64,000 bases of DNA from an uncultured Acidobacteriota bacterium (GTDB lineage: Bacteria > Acidobacteriota > Vicinamibacteria > Vicinamibacterales > UBA2999): the NCBI GenBank assembly GCA_963721715.1, contig CAVRKI010000004.1, forward strand, positions 1,354,500 to 1,418,499, given 5' to 3'. Both the position numbers and the translations under genes were made by a program. Each line of letters opens with the position of its first letter. The stretch's first letter is position 1. Under the pieces are notes generated by a model. It did no database searches, was not told the origin of the DNA, and was given only the letters and a program-made list of their open reading frames with translations. Positions 1 to 9,997 of the stretch are shown in pieces.

Positions 1-765
1 GGCATGGTCCGTGTCAACTGCGCGGCGATCCCCAGCGCGCTCATCGAGAGCGAGCTGTTCGGCCGGGAAAAGGGGGCGTTTACCGGCGCCCTGGCGAAAC
101 AGATTGGTCGTTTCGAAGCTGCGGACAACTCGACGATGTTCCTCGATGAGATCGGCGACCTGAGACCGGACGTTCAGGTGAAGCTGCTGAGGGTGCTCGA
201 GGAGCGGCAGCTCGAGCGGCTCGGCAGCCCGAAGCCTGTTTCGGTCAATGTGAGAATCATCGCGGCAACGCACCGCAATCTCGAGGAACGCATCGCGCGC
301 GATGAATTCCGGCAGGACTTGTACTATCGTCTCAACGTCTTTCCAATTCAGATCCCGCCGCTGCGAGAGCGGAGCGAAGACATTCCCTTGCTGGTCTGGC
401 GCTTCGTCGACATGTTCTCGACGATGTTCGGCAAGCGCATCGAGACCATCTCACGGTCGAGCATGGACGCCTTGCAGCAATACCCGTGGCCTGGGAACAT
501 TCGCGAATTGAGGAACGTCGTCGAGCGGGCCATGATCGCGGCGGGCGGGCACCACCTGACGATCGGGCTACCCGCAGAGGCCAGAGCGCGCTGCAGGCGC
601 AGCGACAAGCTCGCGGACGTCGAGAAAGAGCACGTCCTCAGCACCCTTGAACGTTGCGGCTGGCGCATCCGCGGCGCCGGTGGCTCTGCCGAACGGCTCG
701 GGCTCCGGCCATCGACACTCGAAACCCGCATGAAGAAGCTCGGGCTCAGCCGACCGAAGGCCTGA
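1..765 (+). CDS. Sigma-54-dependent transcriptional activator (NtrC/FhlA-type AAA+ plus HTH), 5' end outside window
   Basis: [55 protein letters not shown] and a C-terminal Fis-type HTH. Confidence 0.95.
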   Translation, partial: GMVRVNCAAIPSALIESELFGREKGAFTGALAKQIGRFEAADNSTMFLDEIGDLRPDVQVKLLRVLEERQLERLGSPKPVSVNVRIIAATHRNLEERIARDEFRQDLYYRLNVFPIQIPPLRERSEDIPLLVWRFVDMFSTMFGKRIETISRSSMDALQQYPWPGNIRELRNVVERAMIAAGGHHLTIGLPAEARARCRRSDKLADVEKEHVLSTLERCGWRIRGAGGSAERLGLRPSTLETRMKKLGLSRPKA

Positions 766-778
766 CCGGGAGAATCAC

Positions 779-1342
779 ATGAGCACCACATCGATCGCAG
801 GCACGCTGATCGTCGCCGCCTTCGTATCGTCGGGGGTTGTGGCCGTTGCACAGGACAAGGGACAGACCGAGGCCGCCGCACTGGCCAGCACGTCGAAGGC
901 GGCCCTGCAGACGCTATACGGCACCGCTGAGCTCGCGAAAGTGCTCGGTCCCAAGGCGCAGGCAATTCTGGTCTTCCCGAAGGTCACGAAAGCCGGCCTC
1001 GGGATTGGCGGCCAGTACGGCGAAGGGTCGCTGCTCAAGAACGGGGCCGCCGTCGCCTACTACAAGACGACCGGCGCCTCGTTCGGGGTACAGGCCGGAG
1101 GCCAGCAGTACGGGTACGCGATGTTCTTCATGAACGCGAAGGCGCTCGAGGACTTCGTCAGCGCGAGCGGCTTCGAGGTCGGCGTTGGCCCGAGCGTCGT
1201 GGTCGTGGACGAGGGCATGGCGAAGACCACGACGACCACCACGCTGAAGGGCGACATCTACGCCTTCGTCTTCGGCCAGAAGGGACTGATGGCGGGCCTC
1301 GGCATACAGGGCAACAAGATCGCGACGATCACGCCAAAGTAG
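779..1342 (+). CDS. YSC84/SYLF lipid-binding domain exported protein
   Basis: Signal peptide; ILVFPKVTKAGLGIGGQYGEG and KGLMAGLGIQGNKI typical of Ysc84-like proteins; GGAG upstream of ATG. Confidence 0.85.
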   Translation: MSTTSIAGTLIVAAFVSSGVVAVAQDKGQTEAAALASTSKAALQTLYGTAELAKVLGPKAQAILVFPKVTKAGLGIGGQYGEGSLLKNGAAVAYYKTTGASFGVQAGGQQYGYAMFFMNAKALEDFVSASGFEVGVGPSVVVVDEGMAKTTTTTTLKGDIYAFVFGQKGLMAGLGIQGNKIATITPK

Positions 1343-1362
1343 CGGCGTTCGTCACCGGCCAG

Positions 1363-2466
1363 ATGCGCCATTGGTGTGAGATGACATTGAGGGGAGCGCT
1401 GCTGTTCGTGATTGCGCTGCGGTTGTCGGCCGGGGTTGCCGCGGCTCAGACGCCAGAGGCGTGGCAGCCGCCTCCGCCGGCGCCCGATGCGTTCGATTGG
1501 ATTCAGCTCACATCGGGCGAGTGGCTCAAGGGCGAGCTCATCGCGCTCTACGACGGATCGCTGGAATTCGACAGCGACGAGCTGGACAAGCTGACCCTCG
1601 ACTGGGAGGACATCCGGCAGGTGAGGACCGGACGCATCGTCCAGGTGCGCTTCCGCGATCGCGACGAAGCCGTGACCGGCACGTTAATCGTCGACGGCGA
1701 CAGCGTCCGTGTGCGCGGTGATACCGATCAGCCGTTCGCACGGGCGGCGCTGATGTCGATCGCGCCGGGAGAGCCGCGCGAGGCGAACTACTGGTCCGGG
1801 AACGCCACCCTCGGCTTCAATCTCCGCCGCGGGAACTCCGAGCAGGTCGAGGCCAACACCATCACGAGCGCCAGGCGGCGCACCGTCGGCACCCGCGTCG
1901 GCGTCGACTACGTCGCCAACTACAACGTCACCGACGATCTGACCGTGACCAACAACCAGCGCGTCAACGCCGGCGTCGACTGGTTCGTCACCGCGCGCCT
2001 GTTCGTGCGGCCGGTGGTCGCCGAGTACTACCGCGATCCGTTCCAGAACTTCGCCCACCGATGGACGCTTGGCGCCGCGGTCGGGTATCAGCTGGTGGAC
2101 ACCCCGCGCGTCAGCTGGGAATTCAACGTCGGCCCCGCCTATCAGCGCACGATCTTCGACAGCGTCGCCGAAGGAGAATCGGACACGGAGAGTACGGCGG
2201 CCTTGTGGGCCGGCACCACGTACACGAACGAGCTGACCGGCGACATCGACTACTCGCTGGATTACCGTTTTCTCCTGGTGAAGCCCGAAGCTGGACGATA
2301 TACGCACCACCTGATTACCGGCCTCTCGGTCGATGCGGTGGGCCCGCTCGATCTCGATGTCTCGTTCGTCTGGGATCGGGTCCAGGACCCGCGACCCGAA
2401 TCATCCGGTCTCGTCCCGAAGAGGGACGACTATCGGTTCATCTTCGGGCTGGGTTTCGATTTCTAG
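1363..2466 (+). CDS. DUF481 (YdiY-like) outer-membrane beta-barrel protein
   Basis: Signal peptide, DWIQLTSGEWLKGEL N-terminal domain, alternating beta strands, C-terminal aromatic GLGFDF. Confidence 0.8.
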   Translation: MRHWCEMTLRGALLFVIALRLSAGVAAAQTPEAWQPPPPAPDAFDWIQLTSGEWLKGELIALYDGSLEFDSDELDKLTLDWEDIRQVRTGRIVQVRFRDRDEAVTGTLIVDGDSVRVRGDTDQPFARAALMSIAPGEPREANYWSGNATLGFNLRRGNSEQVEANTITSARRRTVGTRVGVDYVANYNVTDDLTVTNNQRVNAGVDWFVTARLFVRPVVAEYYRDPFQNFAHRWTLGAAVGYQLVDTPRVSWEFNVGPAYQRTIFDSVAEGESDTESTAALWAGTTYTNELTGDIDYSLDYRFLLVKPEAGRYTHHLITGLSVDAVGPLDLDVSFVWDRVQDPRPESSGLVPKRDDYRFIFGLGFDF

Positions 2467-2485
2467 GTCCAGGGAGGAGAGCGGC

Positions 2486-3130
2486 ATGTCGCATCGGCCG
2501 TCGGTTCGATGGTGGTCGCTGGCGGAAGGACTGTGCTGGACGCTGGCGCTGCTCGCGCTGCCCACGTGGACGGCGATGCAGCTGGCCGGGGCTGCAAGCG
2601 CCCGGCACGAGCTGAACCGCTTCGCCGTGCTCGAGGCTGCCGCCCAGCTCGACGCCGCATCGCCCGATCAGAGCCTGTGGTCCGATGCTCGCGTCAGGGC
2701 GTGGCGCAACGCCGTGAACGATCCGGCGCCGGCGCCTCTCGGCGTGCTTCGCATCCCGCGCCTGCACCTCGAGGCTCCCCTGCTCGCGGGCAGCGACGAC
2801 GCGACACTGGACCGCGGCCTGGGGCACATCGAAGACACCGCGGCCCCAGGGACCGACGGCAACGCCGGCATCGCCGGCCATCGCGACGGGTTCTTCCGGG
2901 TGCTGAAAGACATCACGGAGGGGGACACCATCGAGCTCCAGACCCTTGGAGGACGAGAGATGTATCGGGTCGAGCGAACCTGGATCGTCGACCCGGATGA
3001 CGTCTCGGTCCTCGATCCAACACCGGCGCGCTCGATGACCCTGGTCACCTGCTATCCGTTCTACTTCGTTGGCTCGGCGCCGCAGCGGTTCATCGTGCGA
3101 GCGGTGAGTGTTCGCAGCGCACAACAGTAA
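2486..3130 (+). CDS. Class D-type sortase
   Basis: N-terminal TM; IAGHRDGFFR, catalytic TLVTCYPF and downstream R (QRFIVRA); ATG 2486 follows AGGGAGGAG. Confidence 0.92.
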   Translation: MSHRPSVRWWSLAEGLCWTLALLALPTWTAMQLAGAASARHELNRFAVLEAAAQLDAASPDQSLWSDARVRAWRNAVNDPAPAPLGVLRIPRLHLEAPLLAGSDDATLDRGLGHIEDTAAPGTDGNAGIAGHRDGFFRVLKDITEGDTIELQTLGGREMYRVERTWIVDPDDVSVLDPTPARSMTLVTCYPFYFVGSAPQRFIVRAVSVRSAQQ

Positions 3131-3218
3131 GGAGGGCCGTCACACACCACTCCCGGCTACGTACCAGACCTGGCTCCGAGCGTGACGCTCGTCGCCCCGG
3201 AAGGAAGAGGAGACTCAC

Positions 3219-4007
3219 ATGTCGTTGCCATTTCGCCCCGTCGTGATCGCGGGCGCTCTCACCGCTTTCCTCGTCGCACCCTCGTTCGCACAGCAAACCA
3301 CCACCGTCTCGCAAACGAAGAAGTTCGAGGTCGTCGCCGTTGAAGGCAACACGCTGGTCGTCAGGCTGCCCGAAGGCACCAGAGAAATCACCGTCGCGAA
3401 CGACTTCCGCTTCACCGTGGACGGCCAGCAGCTGTCCGTGCAGCAGCTGAAACCCGGCATGGCCGGGACCGCGACCATCACCACCACCACCAAGTCGACT
3501 CCGGTGACCGTTACCGAGGTGAAGAACGGCACGGTCGTCCAGTCGGGAGGTGCGAGCATCATCGTTCGCACCGATGAGGGGTTCAAGATGTTCACCCAGA
3601 GCGACGTCGACAAGCGTGGCGTCAAGATCTATCGAGCCGGCCGGCCGGCTGGCGTCTCGGACTTCCGCACGGGCGATCAGTTGAGCGCGGTCATTGTCAC
3701 GTCGATGCCGCCGCGCGTCGTCAGCCAGCAGGAAGTGAACGCCACCTTGGCGGCCAGCGGGTCCGGTGCGGGCGCGGGTGCCGCGGCGGCGCGCGCACCG
3801 GCTGGTGCGTCGGCGGGCTCGTCGGCGGGCGCCGCGGGCGCCTCGAGTGCGTCGGCGGGTAGCTCGGGTGCCGCGGCCTCGGGCCGTCGCACGCTGCCGA
3901 AGACCGCCAGCCCGCTACCGCTGTTGGGGTTGTTTGGCGGCCTCTCCCTGTTTGCCGGCGCCGGGCTCACCATTCGTCGGCGTTTGACGCGTCGACAGAG
4001 TCGATAG
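3219..4007 (+). CDS. Exported protein with LPXTG-like sorting signal (LPKTA), putative sortase substrate
   Basis: Signal peptide, A/G/S-rich linker, then LPKTA, hydrophobic stretch and RRRLTRR tail; directly downstream of the sortase. Confidence 0.85.
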   Translation: MSLPFRPVVIAGALTAFLVAPSFAQQTTTVSQTKKFEVVAVEGNTLVVRLPEGTREITVANDFRFTVDGQQLSVQQLKPGMAGTATITTTTKSTPVTVTEVKNGTVVQSGGASIIVRTDEGFKMFTQSDVDKRGVKIYRAGRPAGVSDFRTGDQLSAVIVTSMPPRVVSQQEVNATLAASGSGAGAGAAAARAPAGASAGSSAGAAGASSASAGSSGAAASGRRTLPKTASPLPLLGLFGGLSLFAGAGLTIRRRLTRRQSR

Positions 4008-4083
4008 AATACCGGGTGTCAGGCCGCGTCCACGGGTGCGGCCTGACGCCCCTTTCGTCAACGGCAGGTACGAGTTGATCCCC

Positions 4084-6001
4084 ATGTGCAGCAGTGCTTC
4101 CCGTACGCGTCTCGTGCCAGGGGTCGCCGCATGCCTGCTGGCGGCATCGATGGCGGGAGGCTTCGCACAGGAGCGCCAGGTCGAACAGCCCCAGACGTTC
4201 GGAGCCACCTACGACGAATTGAGCGACGCGCAGCGCGTGCTCCTCGACGGATTCTTTCAGCGCGCGGGGGCCATTCTCGGGGTACCGATGGCTCCGCGTG
4301 AACGTTACGATGCAGCGCCGCTCTCGTCGCGAAGTACGTTCGGTGCCGTCACCCATGCGCTGCTCGGGTCGTCGCTCACGGATCGCCGTTCTGGCCTGCC
4401 GCTCGGCCGCACGCTCGACCTGATCGACTACGTCGAGGGGGTGCGCGGTCAGGTCACCGGCGCCCCCGGCGATCAGCAGTTCCGCGTCTACGTGGCGCTC
4501 GAGCCCGGTGCCAGGGAGATCGTCGACAACGCGAAGGAATTCCGCCGAACCGCAGACAACGCCTTCTTCCATCAGGGCTACCCGATTTCGTACCGGCAGG
4601 ACGGCTACCCGTCCATCCAGATCTCGATGTCGCGTGACGCCGCCAGGGCCGACATCGACATCGATTACCGCTCATCGCGGTTTCCAATCGCGCTCGTCAA
4701 CGGACATCTGTCGGCGTCGAACTCGGATGTCCGCGCCGGCAACCTCGATCGACACAACGGGCGGTGGTCTGGCCTGGTCAACTGGTGGGACGGGATGATC
4801 GGGTCGCTGTTCACCGCCGAGGTCGAAGTCCCCGAGGACGCGCCGCAGGCATTCCCGGCGATGCCGCGTGCCGGGTCGAAGACCATCGATGTGGCGGTCG
4901 ACGATTTCCTGACGTCGTGGCTGGTCGAAGGCCGGCCCAATCTGGCGGTGGCCTACGTCGATCCCGCCGCCTACGACTGCCTTGCCCAGCGGCTCGAGAA
5001 GGATGGCCAGGCCATCGACCGCGGGCTGGCCTCGCTGCAATTGTTCGCGCGGATGAAGCGGATCAACGACGTCGTCGGTGCGCGGACGTCGCTCGCGGGC
5101 ACGACCCGCCCCCGGCGTCTGCCCGACCCCGCGTTGAGGGTTGTCGATCACAAGCGCCAGGATCAGTACGCGATCTACGGCGTGCCTCGCGCACTGGCCG
5201 AGCAGATGTCGTGCGCGAGCCGCACCTCGTTCGGTGTCCTGCCTCCGGCGCCGGTCAATCGCGACCGTCGCGAGGTGTACGAGAACTTCTACTCCACGGT
5301 TGCGATCGACAGGCCGGGTCGTGCCGGGGCGGCGCTGGGCCTGCTCTGGCAGCGTCGTGACGGGATCTGGAAGATCGTGTCCTACCAGGCGATCTGGGAT
5401 GATGCGCCGGCGGCGGCGTTACCCGACCTGATCAAGCCGGTCGCCATGGTCGCCGAGCCCGGCGTGACCGCCGAACCCTCGCTGCTGCAGGCCAATCAAC
5501 GTTTCCTCGACGCGTGGCTGGTTCGTAAGGACTACGACCAGGCAGCGACGGTCATCGCGCCCGATGCGGGCGCGTGCGTCAACCTCTACCTGGATCCAGG
5601 GGAGCCGCCACGGACGAGCGCCGCCGAGCAGTCTGCTCGACTGAGGGCCGGGCTGGAGCGCGTGAGCCGGCTGGCGGGCACCTTCGGCCAGGCTGGAAGA
5701 CGTGATCGAGCCGGTCGCGCCGACCGATCCACGTCTGCGCATCGTCGACCAGCCGCAAATCAAGGCGTTTCACATGCTGGGCGTGCCGGACTGGATGGGG
5801 CCCACCCTGGCGTGCGACGCGCGGTTGGCACGTGGCGACACGGCGGCCACCGACGAAGGCGCCGAGCGAGGCTACGGCCGGTACTACCTTTCCGCGTTTC
5901 GCTTCAAGAACGCGGGCCAACCCGGCGCAGTGCTCGCACTCGGCTGGATCCGCCAAACCGATGCCTGGCGGATCTTCTCGTTCAAGATCATCGAGCCCTG
6001 A
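4084..6001 (+). CDS. Exported hypothetical protein with internal domain duplication; one +1 frameshift near 5689
   Basis: ORF 4036-6153 turns low-complexity after AGTFG, and the protein-like sequence continues in ORF 5702-6001; signal-peptide-like N-terminus. Confidence 0.7.
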
Positions 6002-6080
6002 GGCGCGCCACGGTGGATTCGTCCGATTGCTCCATTGGCGATCTTGCCGAGCGCGCCGCAGTACTGGCGCACGACGTGAC

Positions 6081-6722
6081 TCACCAGGCGCGAGCAGGAG
6101 CTTTTCGGACGGTGTCGACGACGAGCAGCGCCGCACACGCCAGGAGCACGTAGTCGGTGGCGACACCAAGGACCACTGCGGCCGAGCCCCCGATGAGCGC
6201 CCACAGCACGGGCGCAACCACCACGGGGATAGGCGAGCGATTCGCCGTCGTGAGCAAGAGGCCCACCGTGAAGATCCCCGTCGGACACGGCACACCAAAG
6301 GTCGGTGAGGCTGGGTACGCGTGGCCGGCGAAGACGTTCAGCGCCGGATAGGCCAGGGCGTAGAACGCGAGCCCGAAACCAAGCCCTCGCGCATAGCCGG
6401 TCGCCGTCCCGAACGCCAACCGACGCTGAACCAGACCATGCCAGGCGAGCAGGCCAGCCTCGCCAACGAAGAGCGCGGCGAAGCCCCAGGCCGCCGGATT
6501 GATGCTCCTGAAATACATCGCGTGATAGACGACTCCGCCCCACAGCCAGAGCACGGCGAGCACCACAGAGGCGAGTCGGCTCGACCTCTCACCGGGCGCG
6601 CGCACGACGGCTGACACTGCGCCCGCTGCCGCCACCCACAGTGCGACCACGACAGGCCACGTTGCCAGGTTGTAGCGCGCGAAGACCTCGAAGAACGCGT
6701 CCGTCGTGAACGGCAGGTTCAT
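6081..6722 (-). CDS. DUF6064-type membrane protein
   Basis: MNLPFTTDAFFEVFARYN and PTFGVPCPTGIFTVG motifs, multiple TM helices. Confidence 0.75.
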   Translation of the reverse strand: MNLPFTTDAFFEVFARYNLATWPVVVALWVAAAGAVSAVVRAPGERSSRLASVVLAVLWLWGGVVYHAMYFRSINPAAWGFAALFVGEAGLLAWHGLVQRRLAFGTATGYARGLGFGLAFYALAYPALNVFAGHAYPASPTFGVPCPTGIFTVGLLLTTANRSPIPVVVAPVLWALIGGSAAVVLGVATDYVLLACAALLVVDTVRKAPARAW

Positions 6723-6737
6723 CGTGCGGCCAGGTCT

Positions 6738-7115
6738 CTACTTCTTCTTCGTTCGGGTGAACCTCACCTCGGTGGCCTTCAGCGTCTGTCCGCCTCGATC
6801 GTCGTCCTCCCAGTCCACGGACACGATGGCGCGCTGCCCGATCTTGCCGTCGAGCGAGGTCAGCGGCTCCTTGTCGATTCGAAACCGGGCATCAGGCTGC
6901 AGCTGCACGCGGACCCTGGTGAGGCCGCCTGTTCCCGTGTCCAGGACCTCGACCACGATCGCGTCCCGCGTCACCTCTTTGAGCGTGCCCAGAACAACCT
7001 TTGACCCGTGTCCCGGGTGTTCGCGGGCTGTCACGGGCGCCGCCAGACACACGAGGGCCACAACCACAGCGACCCGCGCCGTCAGGACAATCGCAAACCG
7101 GCTATTCATGGGCAC
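6738..7115 (-). CDS. Exported hypothetical protein (HPGH motif after signal peptide, OB-fold-like)
   Basis: Signal peptide, HPGHGSKVVLGT; small exported proteins of this type often follow czc/cus genes. Confidence 0.6.
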   Translation of the reverse strand: MPMNSRFAIVLTARVAVVVALVCLAAPVTAREHPGHGSKVVLGTLKEVTRDAIVVEVLDTGTGGLTRVRVQLQPDARFRIDKEPLTSLDGKIGQRAIVSVDWEDDDRGGQTLKATEVRFTRTKKK

Positions 7116-7135
7116 CTCGCATCCATTCGTAAAGA

Positions 7136-7955
7136 CTAGCTCGAACCGGTAGGTGCAACAGCCTTATCGACGAGCGATGGCCGGCCGAATCGCTCGTAGA
7201 GGATCGGCACCACGATCATGTTGAGTGCCGTCGAGCTCAGCAGCCCGAACATGATGACCATGGCCATCGGTGCCTGAATCTCGCTGCCAGGCTCCCCCGC
7301 GGACAGCGCGATCGGGACCAGGGCAAGGCCGGCGGCGAGCGCCGTCATCAGGATGGGCACCACGCGTTCCGTGGCACCGTGCACCACGGCGGTGCGGAAG
7401 TCTGTCACGCCTTCGTCGGTCTGCAGATGCTTGATGTGCGACACCAGCATGATGCCGTTCCGGGGGCGGCCGCGGCGTCCACCTTCACGCGTAGCGTCGG
7501 AATGTCGGCCTGCGCTTCCGCGGACAGGTCGACAACGCCTGGCACGAGGGCCATCTGGGCCTGCACTTGCTGACCCAGCGCCCGCAGTTGCAGGAGATCG
7601 TCGCCGAAGATCTTCACCGCGATGTTGGCGCGGGTGCCCGACAACATGTGGTCGATGCGGTGCGAGATCGGCTGGCCGACCGTGACGTTCGTGCCCGGAA
7701 GGAGCGACACCTTCTGCGGGATCTCGTCGAGCACCACCTCGCGCGCACGCTCCGATGGCGTCAGGCGCACGTCGATTTCGGCAGACTCAACACCCTGCAC
7801 GTGCTCGTCGAGCTCGGCTCGCCCGGTGCGTCTGGCGGTCGACGACACCTCCGGCACGCTCAGCATCAGCCGCTCGAGCGCATTGCCCAGGGCATTCGAA
7901 TCAGCCAGGCTGGTGCCAGGAATGGTGACCGCACTCACCGTGAGTGCCCCCTCGT
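7136..7955 (-). pseudogene. czcA: CusA/CzcA heavy-metal RND permease remnant (two non-contiguous fragments)
   Basis: EGALTVSAVTIPGTSL..RRTGRAELDEH..GQPISHRIDHMLSG..IAVKIFG joins near 7462 to RNGIMLVSH..ERVVPILMTAL..GSEIQAPMA; N-terminal half missing. Confidence 0.85.
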
Positions 7956-8840
7956 GGTGCGTCGGGTATCAACCTCTGTTTCGGCGAAATCCGTGTTGAC
8001 GGTTGCGGAGGCCAGCACGTTGGCGCGCAGCCGCTTCGTCACGTCCAGGCTCGGCTGGAACTCTCCGTCGAACTCAGCCGCGGGCGCCGGGATTCCGCCG
8101 CCAGTCGTCAGGGCCGGACGCACACTCACACCGCGCCCCAGATCGATCTCCGGCAGATTGGTGAGCAGTCCCGCACGGCTGGTCTGGGTCACCTGGTATT
8201 GGCGGCCCGCGGAGGCCCACCGATCGGTTTCGAGCAACCCTTGAATTCGGCGCTGCACATTGAAGTGCCACGCGCGTAGGTCCGGATTGAAACTCAACGT
8301 CAGAAACGGAATCCAGATTTCGGCGCGCCAGCCGTGCTCGTCTCGGGTGGTCGCAGCGTCCCAGATCCCGTCCCACTCCGGGTTGTCGGACTCACCACCC
8401 GGATTGATGATGCCGTCGTACCGCGCGCCGCTCGGATTGACGGCGAACACGTATCCGGAGCGCCCGTCCATGAAGGGACCGAGCACGAACCGCACGTGGT
8501 CCTCTTGCGCCAACGTGGCGTCTCGCCGCACGTTGAAACTGACGACGCCCGCGCCCGGGGGTTGGTCGCATTCAATTCCCACCACGATGGCCCGTGGCCC
8601 GGCCAGGACCCGCACGGTCGTGCGTGCGGATGCCGGGGCGCCTTCGCGCGGATCAGCCTGCGTGAACACATCGATGACCTGAGCCGTCGTCCAGTCCGGC
8701 TCGTCAAGTCGGCCGTCAATGCTGTGCGCGGGATCCACGGCGCCGGCTCGAAGTTCTGGAGGCTGCGTCGTCTGTGCGCGAGCGGTCAGCGCATGACTGA
8801 GCAGCACGAGGGCGAGCGGCAGAACCCGGGCTACCTCCAT
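7956..8840 (-). pseudogene. CBM9/DUF5916 outer-membrane protein, truncated at the 3' end
   Basis: IDGRLDEPDW, GYVFAVNPSGARYD, GWRAEIWIPF, TVNTDFAETEVDTRRT, then an abrupt join to czcA sequence. Confidence 0.8.
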
Positions 8841-8843
8841 TCC

Positions 8844-8989
8844 TCAGCGCAGCGTGTCGACCAGCGCCCGGACATGGCGCACGGTGGCGTCCCGCATCGG
8901 CCCGTAGCCCTGGTCGTCTGGAACGCCATCCCACGAACTCGCCTTCCCGGACTGTGTAGCACTTGCGGGCAAGGAGCAGTCGCCGTCAT
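8844..8989 (-). pseudogene. C-terminal remnant of an ArsC/LMW-phosphatase-like protein
   Basis: Manual translation DCSLPASATQSGKASSWDGVPDDQGYGPMRDATVRHVRALVDTLR* resembles LMW-PTP/ArsC C-termini; ATG 8989 is out of frame and there is no CX5R loop. Confidence 0.45.
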
Positions 8990-8998
8990 GGTCCGTCT

Positions 8999-9913
8999 CT
9001 ATCGCTTGCCAAGCAAGTCAATGGCCGCCTTGACACTTCTGGCCAACGCGGCTGCCTGTCCCGTCCCGTAGTAGTGCACGAAGATCACGGTGGGCGAGAC
9101 GGCGGTCATGTGGTGATGCAGCGCGACGGCGTTCAGTCCATGGGCGCGCAGCGCCTTCAGGACCGGGGTCACTTCATGGTCGAGCATCGCCACATCGCCC
9201 GCCACCATGGCATCGGCGTCGGACCCCGCGAACGCGGCCCAGGTGTTGAGTCCCATCCGCGCGTTGATCAGCGCGCCGTGCTCGCGCAGGTTGATGTCGG
9301 GCCTTCCGATCGTGATCTTGAAGACCGGGCCGGTCTGCTCGCCGGCCTGCCCGATGATCGCGGCCAACGCCGCGCCGTCGAGCCCAGCCGCCGCGGTGGC
9401 CGGCGTCGGCGCGCCGGCCGGCGCACGCTTGGCCGCCTGGTCGATCAGCGCGATCGCCGGCGCGATCCGCGCTGCGAGATCCGCCGCGGCTCCGGTGCCA
9501 TGCACGTGCATGAAATACATGCGCGGAGAATCCCAGAAGAAGTGATTGTGCAGGGCGGTCACGTCAAGACCGCTGTTCAGCACGGCGGACATCACCGGGT
9601 TCACCTCGTCCTCGGTGAGCACGAGGTCGCCCATCATCACGTCGTGCCCGCCGTCGCCTTTGGTCAGCGCAATCCAGCCACCGAATCCGAAGGGGGTGGG
9701 CGCGGGGCGTCCGCCAATCGTCACGCGCACGTCGTTGCGCGGAATGTTGACCTTGAGCACCCCCTCTTTGTAGTCACCGCCCTTGCCGAGTGTCTTCAGA
9801 ACGGCCTGGTAATCAGCGGGCACGTCCTGCGCTGACACCGCAACGGCGGCACCGCTCATCAGCCACACACACACGGTTCCCGCGATCGCCACGCCTGTCG
9901 ACATGCGTCCCAT
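8999..9913 (-). CDS. DUF1259 (LppY/LpqO-like) two-domain exported protein
   Basis: Repeated GDLVL..EVNPV..TALHNH..FMHVHG and GDVAML..EVTPV..ALHHH..FVHYYG. Confidence 0.88.
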   Translation of the reverse strand: MGRMSTGVAIAGTVCVWLMSGAAVAVSAQDVPADYQAVLKTLGKGGDYKEGVLKVNIPRNDVRVTIGGRPAPTPFGFGGWIALTKGDGGHDVMMGDLVLTEDEVNPVMSAVLNSGLDVTALHNHFFWDSPRMYFMHVHGTGAAADLAARIAPAIALIDQAAKRAPAGAPTPATAAAGLDGAALAAIIGQAGEQTGPVFKITIGRPDINLREHGALINARMGLNTWAAFAGSDADAMVAGDVAMLDHEVTPVLKALRAHGLNAVALHHHMTAVSPTVIFVHYYGTGQAAALARSVKAAIDLLGKR

Positions 9914-9966
9914 CACTCCGCCCCCTCCCGCGTCAGCCATTGATCTATTCGTAACAACGTGACCAT

Positions 9967-9990
9967 ACTCTGAAACTACTGTTACAGAGT
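9967..9990. promoter_or_regulatory. Inverted repeat, candidate ChrB operator in a divergent promoter
   Basis: ACTCTGAAAC-TACT-GTTACAGAGT (9/10 match) in an AT-rich gap between the DUF1259 gene and chrB; related GTAAC at 9951. Confidence 0.5.
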
Positions 9991-9997
9991 CAACTCG

